64,000 bases of DNA from Macrostomum lignano. Lineage: Eukaryota. The stretch is from contig NIVC01000387.1 in the NCBI GenBank assembly GCA_002269645.1, positions 62,001-126,000 on the forward strand, in the 5' to 3' direction. Under the pieces are notes generated by a model, which was not told the DNA's origin, ran no database searches, and saw nothing but the letters and a program-made list of their open reading frames with translations. The position numbers and the translations under genes were made by a program. Positions 50,175 to 63,115 of the stretch are shown in pieces (the stretch's first letter is position 1; each line of letters starts with the position of its first letter).

Positions 50175-50626
50175 TTTTATGCTTTTTCTGTCGGGCTGTG
50201 CCACGTTTGACACGGCAGCAACCCCAGCCCGCGGACTCGCGGCGCTGATAGGGACCTCCTAGGGTTGAGCAGTTGCCACGTGGACTGGCTTGTTGAGTCC
50301 TAGGGTGATCCGTGGGAGCGGCATCTGCGAGTTCCCCCGTGCCACGTGGCTCCCTGGCTGTTCAAGTCGGCCTCAAAATAAGTTGAAAGTTGCGGAGAAA
50401 ATTTCCTGCGTCAAGTGCAATCCGAAGTTGACTGGCCTGCCCGCCAGGACGCAAACCGTTTTTATTTGCCATGGCATCGAGCGGGCCTGAAACTGCCGCT
50501 TTCAGGAAACCCAACACTGTCTTCGCGGCCTACCCCGCTTAAAGAAGAGAAATGCAATACACCGAGGAGCGCTGTAGACGTGGCGTGGCGCTCCCCTCCA
50601 TTCTCTCCCCGCTTTGCCGACGTGGC
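50175..50626 (-). promoter_or_regulatory. Putative PPIB promoter: CATAAAA TATA-like box plus five GCCACGT (XBP1/ATF6/CREB3-type) motifs
   Basis: GCCACGT on either strand at 50200, 50275, 50341, 50577 and 50619; minus-strand CATAAAA near 50175-50181, about 110 bp upstream of the ATG. Confidence 0.55.
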
Positions 50627-51559
50627 CAGCAGTGACCACTCGGAGACGTCAGCTGGTGCAAGGGGCCTCGGGGAACTTGCTGCAAGTGAAAGCGACTTCT
50701 TTTACCACTTGTTTTTGCATTTGAATGTGAAACTGTGCTACCAAAATGTGTTTGTTGGATTAAACAGAGAATTGTTTGGTAAAAATTGTAAAGTAGAATA
50801 CCGCATCTTTGTAATGATTCTTGAGTCCGTAAGAAGTTACTAAGTCCGTGCACTATGATTGCAAGCATTATTCCAGTACCAAGTGTCAGGGTGTTGCGAC
50901 ATGTATCAGGGTGTTTGGTGATGAGACCGACTGAAGCATCATGCAGGGTGTGAGGTGACGATGTGACTAAAGCATCAGGGTGTGACGGTGATGGTGAGAT
51001 GATGATGATCCCGACTGTGGTTAATTGAGGGTGCGGAGCCCAGGAAGCAGAAGTATGACAGCAAGAACAGCAAGACTTCTTTGCAGAGGAAAGAAGGTTC
51101 AATAACATAAACGAAAGGCGCACTGAAGAAGTTGTCAAAAAGGCGTCATAAGCAGCGTGTTATGAATTGTATCGGTAGCTTGTTGAGCAGTAGTATACCG
51201 GTAGTTGCGAACTTTTGTAATACGTAACCCATTGCACGTCTTCTCTCTATCACTGGCACGTAATTGTCACTGCGATAGTTCGTGCTAAAATATAAATCAT
51301 GCAGTTTATGCTCTTGAAGTTGTATTTCGCCCGCCAAATAGTTGACTCTGTTAAACAGCGTCATACAGCAGGCAAGGTTTTATGGTCTGAACTCTGCAGC
51401 TCTTGAACACGTAGTTAAGTTAACAAAGCTTCATTTAATCGAAGAAGAGGCTGTCAGGAAAATATTTGCATTTCGTATTGCGGTTGTACGTGTTGAGTAG
51501 CATATAGTTACGACTCGTAAATCGTATGTAGCTCAGAGTAAATATTTAGTTTGCTCGAA

Positions 51560-52159
51560 TTAAACGCTCCGATAACTCGGGGGAGGCGACTGGGGCCTTT
51601 GATCGCCAGTCCCGTCATCGGTGCAGTCAACGGCCAGGCAACCAGCGCAGAGGCACGTGACGCTGAAATACACGCACAGCATGATTGTCCGGATCACCGA
51701 CATCGCCTTGGCGAAGCTGTACACCTCCTTCTGGCAGAAATTCGCCTCCGTTCTGTTGTTGAACTGCGGCTGCGTTCCGTAGGTCCACACCAGGCCGCAG
51801 ATGACCCACAGCAGGGCGAACACCGCCAGCAGGTGGGTCAGCAGCTTCCACAGCCGCCTCGAGCTCAGCGTCTCCGTCGTCCTCTGGATCAGCGGGGTCG
51901 AGCTCGAGACCTACACTTCCTGGACATGCTGCTGCCGCCGGCTGTCCTCCTGCATCTGCATCGACCGGACGCTGTTCGCCACCGACCTGAAGACTCCCAC
52001 GATGCCAGTCACTAGCAGGTAGATGGGGATTCGAACCTGGGCGGGGCAGTTGCGCATGTGAATGCAGCCCATGACAATCTCTGAGATGCCGAACACAAAT
52101 TCCATCAGGGAATGAGTGCTCTGCAGAGCCAAGCTGGTGAAGACCTCGTCTGCTGTCAT
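51560..52159 (-). CDS. TMEM272-like four-TM membrane protein, intronless, interrupted by one in-frame TAG (51911-51913)
   Basis: ORF-track entries 51911-52159 and 51560-51823 are in the same frame and separated only by TAG. Motifs CPAQVRIPIYLLVTG, WVICGLVWTY, FCQKEVYSFA recall TMEM272-family proteins. C-terminal PPPSY. Could be a pseudogene. Confidence 0.7.
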
Positions 52160-52636
52160 GGCTGTTGACCGCCAAACTGCTCACAAGACCGCAAGGCTGA
52201 CAATTTTTTTGCAGTCTCGCAGCGATTTTTAAACATTTAGTCTCTGACGCTCTGCAGTCAAAGAGTTGCAAAACCGAAATGAATTTGCGCAATGTGCTAT
52301 TTTTCCTGCTCCTGCGTATAGTAAGCCGTGCAGCAGAATAATTGGAAATGAACTGAGAAATTGGAGTCTCAGTTTGTAGCTAAGGCGGCCTTGTCTCAAT
52401 TTCGGGTCGAACGCTAACATGAATAAGTATTTTTAGTATATAGGAAAGCAAGCAGACAAACCTAGGAGTTTTAGTATATTTAGATTGCGTGCTGCATGTA
52501 TGTAGGGGTGTGTACTTTGTGAATTGCTGAGTTTGGATAGTCTGCACTGCACCGCCTGCAGTTTCCAGCCCATGTAGCATGGAGCCCATATAGTCTATGT
52601 AGTCCATGTAATCTATGCAATTCATGTAGTCCATGT

Positions 52637-54014
52637 TGTTATGATAAATGCCAAGTCATGTTTGCGAGCGAGCGAGAAAACTCTTAGACCCAGACACTGG
52701 GTAAACACCGATATATATTGTTGAGAACTTCACTGTACATAGAAGGGATGGGGGCCAGTGTACACAGATGTACACGAAATTGCGAGAGTAAATAGTGCAC
52801 ACAAGCCGCACACAACACCTCCCAACATTAGTTAACGAATAATCCTACGAGTTCGAAGAGTAAAAGTAACGGAACATTAAAATGAAATATTTGTCCTTGC
52901 ATTGCTAAGTCGCACGAGATAATATTTAAATATTTGTAGCAAAGCAGGAATAAAACAAGGAATATTCCAACAATAAAGTTTCTCCCATTTATAGTATTGG
53001 GGCCAATACGCCATTACAGTCAATCAGTCAATCGCAATCAACTATCTGTTTGCAACTTGGGCCGTGGCGAGCATTCGGCTTCTCAACCGTCATGATAGCT
53101 GCTGCCGGAGCATCGCCGGCACAGTCAGCCTTGGAGTCCTCCACCAGCTCGTTGACCTTCGCTGAGCGGCACACGGACGAAAAATGATTCGTGCGACCAC
53201 AATTATTACAGGTCTTACCGTAGGCTGGGCACTTGCGCCGCTCATGTTGCTGTCCGCAGAATCCGCAGCTCCGAGCCGATCTGGCGTGGCCGACTGTCGC
53301 TTTGGCTCGGTTTTGCACGGCATCGACAGACGCTGGCGCGGATGAAGGCGCTGCTCGGCTGATCTGCGCAGAGGCCAGGGTCCGAGCCTGCCGCTTCGAA
53401 GTCTCTGATGCTCGACCCATCTGGATGCGCGATGATCCAAAGTCAGCTTCGTCTCTTGCAGAAATCTTTCCCTCAGAGCTGGGTCGTTGACTCCGATGAC
53501 GATCTCGAAAGACGCTGTTCTCGATTGTCTCCTCGTTAGCTGGCTTGCTGTAATTGCAGCGTTTGATGATCTGACGGAGGGAGCTGACAAACTGGTCAAA
53601 TTCCTCAGCTTCTCCTTGCACTTTTGTTCCGAGCTGGTAGCGCTCAAATGTTTCGTTTGACAGAGGCTCACAGTAGTCTTTGAATGCCTCGACTACCTTC
53701 GTCGTACGTAGCTACTTTGTCTGCAGGAAACAAATATCTTGACCGTCGGATCCGAGGACGGTTAGCAGAATGGCGACCTTCACATCGTTGTTTTCTTCAG
53801 TTCTCTTCGTAGCTTTCATATAAAAATCGAACGATTCGATCCACTTTCACCAGTTTTCCGCCCCATTGGTGTCAAAAACAATAGGCTCTGGCGGCCTCAA
53901 CCTTCCATGCTTGCCAGACTGGATAGGTAGTTTAGACTTGCGACGCCATGTTATGAAATAAGCCAAGTCATGTTTGCGAGCGAGCGAGAAAACTCTTAGA
54001 CCCAGACACTGGGT
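52637..54014 (-). mobile_element. Degenerate, internally deleted Ty3/Gypsy LTR retrotransposon (gag only)
   Basis: Full LTR 52637-53018 (minus strand TGTAA...TAACA). A 66-bp remnant of the other LTR at 53949-54014 contains an identical core of about 50 bp and is followed by a TGG-initiated PBS. Gag 53028-~53910 has LRPPEP, FERYQL and CGFCGQQH...CNNCGRTNHFSSVC zinc knuckles, with an in-frame stop and a frameshift. No pol. Confidence 0.85.
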
Positions 54015-54100
54015 AGTCCATGTAGTCCATGTAGTTCATGTAATCTATGTAATTCATCTAGTCCATTTAGTTCATGTGGTCCATGTAATCCAGGCCATGA
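54015..54100. repeat. Degenerate 9-bp repeat (TAGTCCATG); also present at ~52585-52636, flanking the Gypsy element
   Basis: Direct reading. Confidence 0.8.
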
Positions 54101-54621
54101 CAGTAGTAGTTCATGAAATCCATTCTTTGTATGAGTTTTTGTATTCTACGGTCGAGCTACTCCAAGTGCACAATTCACTCCATACACTTAAGGACTGTAA
54201 ATGATGTAAGTCAATTAATATTAATGCCCGACTTTGAAAACTCTATATTTTCTACTGAACTGAGTAGCAGAGCAGAAACACGTGGCTCTTTCTTTTTGTA
54301 TTTAAAATGGAGCGTTCGATCCCAGTTCACAAAGATTCCTTTAAAATATTCTTTCGTAACAGCTTTCATAAACAAGTTATCAAAAGTAGATCATAGTGTT
54401 ACAAACAAGCAATACAATATTTACCTCAGTGTAAGTCTTTGTAAAACCAGATAAGTTTAATATTAGACCGCCAAGGTTCTCTCTAAAGCGGCATGCAGGC
54501 CAAACGTCAGCACAGAAATCTGCAGACAAAAACGGGCGGAAAATATCGCGCAAAAAAGAAAACAAAACAGAGAAGAGTTGCCGGACACGATTGCGCAATC
54601 GGCCACTGAGGCGCCCCCTGT

Positions 54622-57447
54622 TTAGTCGTCCTCCTCCTCGTCCTCCTCCTCCTCGCCCGCGTCCTCCTCGGCGCCCTCCTCGGCCTCGGCCAGGGCCGCC
54701 TTCAGCGCCGCCTCCTCCTCGGGCGTCGGGTCCTCCGTCTCGGTGATCTCCGGCCCGCTGGGGAACTCCAGCAGCACTGGCGGCGGCGGCGGTGGGCTGT
54801 AGTTCTCGGTGGCGTACTTGTGGCCCCAGCCGATGTACACGTTCTCGAATAGACTGCGGGCATGGGCGGGACTGGGCTGCGACTTCTCCGGCTCACTTCT
54901 CAGCTCCTGTGCTTTTCCGGTTCCTTTCTCTTCTCTCCTTTTTTCCCTGCCTCTCTCTTATTTCCCCTTCTGCGATCGCTTTTTATTTAGTCACAGAGGA
55001 TATTTGGTTCTGCTGCGAAAATGACCCCTCTCATGTTTCTAATTCGCCACTCTCCTGTCCCTAATTCTCCCCTCTCCTGTCGCTAATTCTCCCCTCTCCT
55101 GTCCCTAATTCTCCCCTCACCTGTCCCTAATTCTCCCCTCTCCTGTCCCTAATTCATCCCTCTCCTGTCTCTAATTCTCCCATCACCTGTCCCCAATTCT
55201 CCCCTCACCTGTCCCTAATTCTCCCATCTCCTGTCCCTAATTCTCCCCTCTCCTGTCCCTAATTCTCCCCTCTCCTGTCCCTAATTCTCCCCCCTCATGT
55301 CCCTAATTCTCCCCTCTCCTGTTCCTAATTCTCCACTCTCCTGTCTCTAATTCTCCCCTCTCTCTCTTCTCCTCAGTCATCTCTCGCCGCGACTCGCACC
55401 TGCCTTGGGCCACCGCGTGCGCGCCCGGCCACAGGTTGGAGGACAGGACGGCAACCGAGAACTGCGGCAGCAGCTGCGACGAGAGCCGCGCCGTCCACGG
55501 CTGGTTGCCGTCAACCTCCGCGTCCTCGGACAGCGGCGTCAGCAGCGGCGGGCCCTCCTCCGGCTGCGGCTCGTCCATCTCCTCCTTCTCCTCTTCGTCC
55601 TCGTCGTCAACGGAATCGTCGTCCCGCTTCTGCGCCGGATTCCACCAGCGGGTGCGGCCCTGCGGCAGGACATGCTGCACATGGTGCACCCAGCTGGACA
55701 GGCTGGGGTCGATGAGCTCCCGCACCGGCATCGGCTCGAACTCCGGGTTCTCCACGAAGTTGTCGCGGCCGCCGCCCTCCTCATCCTCTTCCTCCTCTTC
55801 GTCGAACATGTAAAAGCCCTGCAGTTTCGGTGGGGGTAAGCATTTGGGAAGGGTAGTCCAGACCAGGTAAGCCTGATTACCTGAAGTAAACATTTCTGAG
55901 CTCCTAGCCCGCTGTCAGCTGGTCTTCTGAGCCAGGACCCGCCGGGAAACAGTTAGTGTTCTATTAAACTGCCCGGTGCCCAACAGTTTTGCTTACATCA
56001 GCTGGCTATAAGGGAATCGCTTAATTCTCTTTCCTTGCTACTCGTCAGTAGACGCTCTCTTATGGTTTTTACAACTTTGAGATTTAACTCTGACCACAGC
56101 ATTGACTCGTTCCAAATTTTGCTAGCACAACATTGCGCTCACCTGCGGCGAGATGATGGTGCCGGCTGAGATCCGGCAGACCTGGGCGCGCAGGTAGTTG
56201 GCCTCGTTGCCGGGAAACGGCGGGTAGGTGACCACAGGGGCGTCAAGGCGGCCGGTGAAGAACTTCTTCACCTTGCGGGCAGCCTGGATCTGCGCCGGGG
56301 TCACGCTGGGCAGGCGGGTCCAGGGCCGGCCGGGCTCCGAGCAGACAAAGTACACAAACCGGTTGACGCCGGAGCCGGCGTCTTCGCGGGGCACCACCGG
56401 CGGCGGCTTGAAGTCCGGCTTGGGGATCGGGTCCTCCGGCGGCTCCTCGTCGGCGTCGCCAGCGGCTTCAGCGTCAGCAGCGGAGTCGGCCCCGGCTTGT
56501 TCCGGCTTGCTGCCGTCGGCACTGCTGGCGGTGGCTGCCGCGGCCTTCGCCTCCTCCTCGACGATGGCGTCTATCTCATCCTGCTTGAGCAGACCCTCAG
56601 CGATGTAATAGCCACCCTCAGTGCCGAGGATTTTGCCCCAGAAGCGCAGCTGCTCGAAGCTGTGCTGCTTCTCCAGCTCTTTGAGAGCCAGCCACAGGCG
56701 GTAGGTCTCCTCAGCGTCCAGGCCTGAGTTGGGGAGTTTGCAGGAGAGCATTGAATCGTCAAAAGCTCCAGCGGTTGCTATGGAAGATCTAAAACCCATA
56801 ATTTATCTCCTGAGAGCTTCCTTCGCTTACCGACTCCTCCCTGCTCGAACAGATAGGCGGTCTGCCACAGGTTGGGCAGCGCCGAATCCATCTCTTCCTC
56901 ATCTTCATCGCCCTGGGTTGGCTGAAGATGCATTGGTTTGGAATTCAATGCTTTTTAATTTCCTCCTGGCTAGAAAGTACACCGATAGGCAACTGTATGC
57001 TACAGTGCTCACCTCAAACAGATGCCGCTGCACTTCGGCCTTGGCCACCTCGGTAGTTCGCTCGTACTGGTTCTGCACCGTGTCCACGTTGGAGGCGAAC
57101 CTCGCCCGTTTGCCCTCCTTGCTGATGTCTTCGAAGATGTCCACTACATTGCTGGGCTTCTCCTCGAGGATCTTTTTCAGGCAGACGATGAGATGGTCGT
57201 ACCTTGAGTTTGGGCAGGTGGAGTTGTTGGTTAATTAGAGTCGGAGTATTAAATTGTCTTTAGAAATTTCGAAACCCGGTAAAAAAACTTACAAGTTCAT
57301 GCCACTCTGGCTGCTAGCGGTGAGCAGGTAGGCCTTGTTGTCCGTGAAGTCGGACTCTCGCGGCACCAGGTCCTGCTGTTTGTCGCCAGCCCCTGTTGCG
57401 GGCGTCTGTGGCTTCGACGAGCCTTTCTGACTCTGCGCCTCGGACAT
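54622..57447 (-). CDS. RSPH4A: Radial spoke head protein 4/6 homolog
   Basis: Exons 57293-57447, 57013-57202, 56831-56912, 56143-56723, 55400-55818, 54622-54853, phase-consistent. Motifs [55 protein letters not shown]; acidic tail. Confidence 0.93.
55055..55362. repeat. 22-bp minisatellite (CCCTAATTCTCCCCTCTCCTGT), ~14 copies, last RSPH4 intron
   Basis: Direct reading. Confidence 0.94.
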
Positions 57448-59126
57448 TGCTGAAAAGTTGGTAGGATTCTTTGTCTCTCAAATAAATATAATATTGTAGA
57501 CAACTTATCGAGACTTGTTACACATTTTGTCACCCGTTTAGAAATGAACTTACTAAACATTAATTTTCTGTGAGATTATTCTCTGTCAGAAAAACTACCA
57601 CTAAAGGAGAGAGTTGTGCATTTCAGAAAATAAGAATCTGAACCTAAAGGGGAAAATCAGGCGGAAACCTTAGAAAAGTTAGGAATCAGCATCACCAGTT
57701 ATCAATAGTGGCAGCAATAATTTTAGAAATCAAAATAATGGTATTCAGAAATAAGAGGCATGTGACAAAAATAGTTTGTAAGTTTATTATTCTTTTTTCC
57801 TAGTCAGTTTGTTACAACTACTTAGTTTTCCTTAGTGAAACTGATTATACTGAATAATAATTAAATATTTTAACTAAATAGTATAAATATAATACCAGAT
57901 AATCAAGGTACAAAGGCTCATATTCCAGTTGATAATAAAATAACAGTGTTATTGAGCATCACTCAAAATAATGTTTCAAATTATTCCAAAAGTTCAAGCA
58001 CAATAAAATTCAGGATTTAAAAGCTTCGATATATAGTATTGCTTCGTATCAAAGCTTCGTATATAGTATTATCCTTTCAATTTAACGGTCTTTCAAAGTT
58101 AAAGCTTTAGCTAAATATAGTTGTATGCAACTGTACGAATGTCCATTATCTGATGGTGAAACTAAAATATGCTGATGGAAATGATGGACGCCATAATTTA
58201 CATAAGAATCATACAAGTCCAAAAAGCTCTATGAAAAATTTCTGAAACTCCTGCAAGTTGTATTAGAAAAACAACTAATACAGCGAACACCTATGAAAAG
58301 TCTAAAATCGACCAGATAAGAAAAATTATATATTTCATATTTTCGCGTATCTATGGATACAGTACATTCTCAAGAGCAGAAAACCACGGCTACATAAATA
58401 ACATAACTAATAACTAATTTTCATTTTATGTCACATTTGTTGTTTTCACTTAGTTACTTAGATGTTTACTAAGCATACAAAACGTTTGTTAATTTTACTC
58501 AAGATTTTTTAATTTTTTAATTTAATTTTTTCTGCAAAAAAGCTCCTGCATGCGTGCATGTGCATGCGCAACCATATTAAAGCTCTAAGCTCAGCTCCAC
58601 TTATTATTATCTATATCAGTAAGATATTATTATTTCATTATTATTACTGTTAATATTGAATATTATTTTTGTTACTTTTATTGAACAAAAAATTCACAAT
58701 TCAAGAATGACAAAAGCCCAAAAGGGAAATCCTAATCTTACCCAATCCGCCAATCCATTCCATAATAAATTAATACTTCTACTACTATATATAGTATTGC
58801 GCATTTATCATCATTTAAAATCATTCAATTAATTTCCTTTGTACACATACTGTAGTGTATTGAATATTTAATTTCGGGTTGAAAATCTTGCTCACCAAAT
58901 TTTAGCCTTTAGATTAGATAAAAGACCCAAATTAGAAGATTATTAAGAGAGAAGCAAATAATAAGTTTTTCATTTGCTGGTAAATAGTTAACTAATAATT
59001 CGTTTTTCTACTATTTATAACATTTAAATTGTTGCTGCATACCTAGCATAGACCTAGATAGAAAAATACAATAGGTTAAAACAATTATTTCCTTGGCTTA
59101 GATTGACATATAGCCATGGTATAGGT

Positions 59127-60539
59127 CTACTAAGATATCAAATATTGGCATTCTTTTGTTTTACAATCCCATTACATTCATCCTACAGAACATGGCACTT
59201 TTGTTATACAATCCCCTATGTAAAAGATAGGAGTCTTGTTTGCCGTCACTGGTCAGATATCGGATGTTGAAGTGACCAGAAGCAAAGTAGCTTGAAAAAT
59301 AATATGACGAAGTGACCAAATATTTAGTTATGCTGGATACTTCGTCATCAACCAATCAATCTGTGCGTGATTTGAGTTAGTGTAAACTATTTTTTGTTTA
59401 ATAACTGTGGCAAGCAGAACCGATCGATTGACAGGTTTTATTAATTGAGATGACAAAATGACTGGGATCATTAGGATTCCAAGTAAATATATTTAATTGC
59501 CACAATAATTCACTTGAAGTTGGAACTAATATGATTGGTAGATGACGAAATGACTCTCTTTAGGTAGTGTATGTTAATTAAGATGACGAAGTGACCATAG
59601 TCAAAGTGAGCACCCCAGACACCCAGATGATGAAATGGCAGATGACAAAATGACTAGGAACCCTTGTTTGCATATCAGTGGAGTATAATCCCTATTTGAA
59701 GCACAATTACCCTAATTAATTGTAAGCTACAATTCTTGAAAAGAGTAGGGATGTCTTTATATTCACTATTGTTATACAATCATTCAAATAGAGGAAATGT
59801 ATGGAAAGGGATTGGATAATTAAACTTGGGCTTTTCATCTATTTTGTAATACAAGTGCCCCAAGTTTAAAATTTGTTTGCAGGGGATCGTGTACCATGTC
59901 TAAACCCTTGTCTAGGCTACCTGATGGAGATTCCACAAAAGTAAGTCATGATTTTTTGGCATCCCTCCTTTTTCTTTTTTTAAACCTCCCTTACTTTTGT
60001 TATATGATCCTCAATAGCGTGAAACAATGTTGTCTGTACTATAAAGGGATCGTAAAATGAAATTGAGGGAGGGTTAGGCATGGAATTATTAGATAATGAA
60101 TGAACTATCTTTACTTCATCTATAACTTTAAGTGTGATACCTTGATTTCATTTTTGATATACAATCCCCTGCAAACAAATTTTTGACTTGGGCTTGGGGG
60201 ATAGTATTATGAAATTGATGAAAAGCCCAAGTTTTGTTATCTGATCCCTTTGCATACATTTCCTCCATTTAAATGATCATATAACAAAAGTGAATATAGA
60301 TACGTCCCTCTCTTGCCAAGAATCTTGTCGTGTCTTTGTTTGATTGCCTTGTTGTGGTTGAACTCCACTTCAAATAGACATCAATTGAAAATCCCTTAAT
60401 GTAGTGCCTTTGACTCATGGATATTGTTTCATCTGGTTTCTATTCTTTGACTATGTCTTTTACATGGGGATTGTACAAAAAAGTGCCTAGGAATAGAGAT
60501 TGTAAAATGAAAGAATGCCCAAATATTATCACTTAGTAG
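59127..60539. mobile_element. Degenerate foldback / long inverted-repeat element, ~1.4 kb
   Basis: 59127-59240 is the imperfect reverse complement of 60430-60539, and ~59730-59890 of ~60160-60330. Centre near 60025. The left arm carries GATGACGAAGTGACC-like subrepeats. Confidence 0.65.
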
Positions 60540-61534
60540 CAGTTTGTCAGTCTATTTATTTAAGTAGCATGAACATCGTGCTTTGGATCATATATGCACA
60601 ACCTCTGAAATTAATCTAGCAATATAAATGCAGTTTCTTGCAATAATTTTTTTAAATCATTTGATAGTTTAAACATATTGCAGAAAAGTATTGTAGATTA
60701 TTAAGTGTCACAAAGGTCACAAATCTGTTATACATCTTTAGCTATCAAAGATCATTTTTGTTATTGGTGCAAGTAGATGCCCAGCCATTATATTGCAGCT
60801 AAAATGAGTGCAAATTTAAATGAAAAATAATTTTATATGGAAAACTATGGCATCCACTAAAATATAGGAGTGGATACAGAATGTTTGCTAAAATGTGGAA
60901 GATGGAATATTTTCCGATATTATGGAAGTAGATGCAGATGTTAATTTAAATTGCAGGTGGCTGTCAGACAAGCTCACAAGCAATGATTTATGATCCCACA
61001 ATGGCACAAGTAGCAAAAACCATACCTATATTATTATGACTACAAGTACAGCAAAATCATCTACAAAAATGCTAGGGGTGACTTTTGAAAGAGATGACAT
61101 AGAGCTAGCCAGTGATAATGCAAAGGGTCCAGTTCCATGCAAGTTTTAGTTTAATCATGGCCATGTCAGTAAGCAACGATTAAAAATCAATTGTCTTTGA
61201 GTAAAAATCAATGTTGTTATTAAAAATATAGGCATTGTTATTAAATGTGTTGTTTTTAGACTAAACACTTGTACCTAATGAGAACTTGAGTGCATATGTC
61301 TTGTCAATAGAAACAATCAGATGATTTCAACACTTGCCCATGAAAATTCATGTGTAAGTCTGATAAGGCAAAGGTGAAAAAATTTTTTTGAGAATGCCTG
61401 CTAAAACTACACTGTTTGTATTGAATAATATTGAGGAATATGCATTTTGCCAAGCAGTCCTGTATCGATTTGTTATTACTAAACCTTAACCTAAATTGTA
61501 TTTCACTCCAGTCCATCCAAGACTTCGCGTTTCC

Positions 61535-61985
61535 ATGGCAACCACTGATGCTAACAATGTGGAGCAGCTTCGAGCTCGAGTGGCCAAGCTGGAGTCCGAG
61601 CTGGCCGAACTTCGCCAGGCCCAGCCAGCCTCTGCTCGCCAACGAATCGACCGAATGTCCGCCGAGGTCGTGGACTCGAATCCCTACAGCCGGCTGATGG
61701 CGCTGCAGCGCATGGGCGTTGTGCAGAACTACGAGCGCATCCGCGAACAGGCCGTGCTCATTGTTGGCGTCGGCGGGGTCGGCTCCGTCACGGCCGAGAT
61801 GCTCACCCGCTGCGGCGTCGGCCGCCTCATCCTGTTCGACTACGACAAGGTGGAGATGGCCAACATGAACCGCCTGTTCTTCCAGCCGCACCAGGCCGGC
61901 CTCAGCAAGGTGGAGGCCGCCAAGAGGACCCTGCTGGGCATCAATCCGGATGTGCAGGTGCGTGGGCTGGATTGTTGTTCCTGCC

Positions 61986-62048
<63 letters not shown>

Positions 62049-62065
62049 ATGTATGTATGTCTGCC

Positions 62066-62104
<39 letters not shown>

Positions 62105-62105
62105 A

Positions 62106-62140
<35 letters not shown>

Positions 62141-63115
62141 ATGTATGTCTGTATGTATGTATGTATGTCTGTCTGTATGTCTGTCTGTCTGTCTGTATGT
62201 CTGTCTGTATGTCTGTCTGTCTGTCTGTCTGTCTGTATGTATGTATGTATGTCTGTCTGTCTGTCTGTCTGTCTGCTGCAGCAGGATAGCGCCGACCCGC
62301 TTCAACTCCGTCAGATCGAGGCGCACTCCTGCAACGTGACAACAATGGAAGGCTACGAGCTGCTCCGGTCTCGCGCAGCCGAAGGCGGCCTGCCCGACGG
62401 CGGCCCCGTACAGACGCTGCTGGCCTGCGTTGACAACTACGAGGCCCGCGTGGCGGTCAGCGCCATGTGCACCGAGCTCGGCCTCACCTGGCTGGAGTCC
62501 GGCGTCTCCGAGGACGCCGTCAGCGGCCACGTGCAGCTGATGCGGCCGGGCCGGACGCCCTGCTTTGCCTGCCTGCCGCCGCTTGTCGTGGCCGAAGGCG
62601 GCGATGAGCGGACGCTGAAGCGGGAGGGCGTCTGCGCGGCGTCCCTGCCCACCACAATGGGCATCGTGGCCGGCCTGCTGGTCCAGGCCACCCTCAAGCT
62701 GCTGCTGGGCTTCGGCCGGGTGTCTCCCTACCTGGGCTACTCGGCCATGACCGACTTCTTCCCGGTCGAGTCGCTCAAGCCCAATCCCGACTGCGCCGAG
62801 CCCGCCTGCCAGCGCCGTCAGCGCGAGGCCGCCGAGGCCGACGCCGTTGCTGCCGCCGCCGCCACGCCTGACTCAGCGGAGCAGAACTCGTCGGCCGCTG
62901 CGGCCGCAGTCCACTCGGAGAACGACTGGTGCATCGAGCTGGTTGAGGAGGGCGGTGACGAGGCGGCGGCCGGCCGCTCTGTTGGAGCCGGCGGCGGTGT
63001 CCGCACGGCCTACTCGGTGCCCGCCGCTGCCGCTGATGCCGCCGCCCCTGCCGCCGCAGTGCAGGAATCCGGCCTGAGTCTGGAGGATTTGCGCGCTCAA
63101 ATGGGCCGTCTTTGA
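61535..63115 (+). CDS. UBA5: UFM1-activating enzyme UBA5
   Basis: Exons 61535-61957 and 62315-63115 (phase 0). Motifs [24 protein letters not shown], catalytic [18 protein letters not shown] (UFM1-interacting-like) and SLEDLRAQM. Confidence 0.95.
61984..62274. repeat. (TGTC/TGTA)n microsatellite filling the UBA5 intron
   Basis: Direct reading. Confidence 0.96.

Noticed and set aside
50539-51138. 199-aa minus-strand ORF upstream of PPIB
   Set aside because: No ATG context, no splice support, no recognisable motif, and the composition is not coding-like.
61304-62530. 408-aa antisense ORF over UBA5, and similar antisense ORFs over the tubulins, RSPH4 and PPIB
   Set aside because: Shadow ORFs of GC-rich coding sequence plus a stop-free microsatellite.
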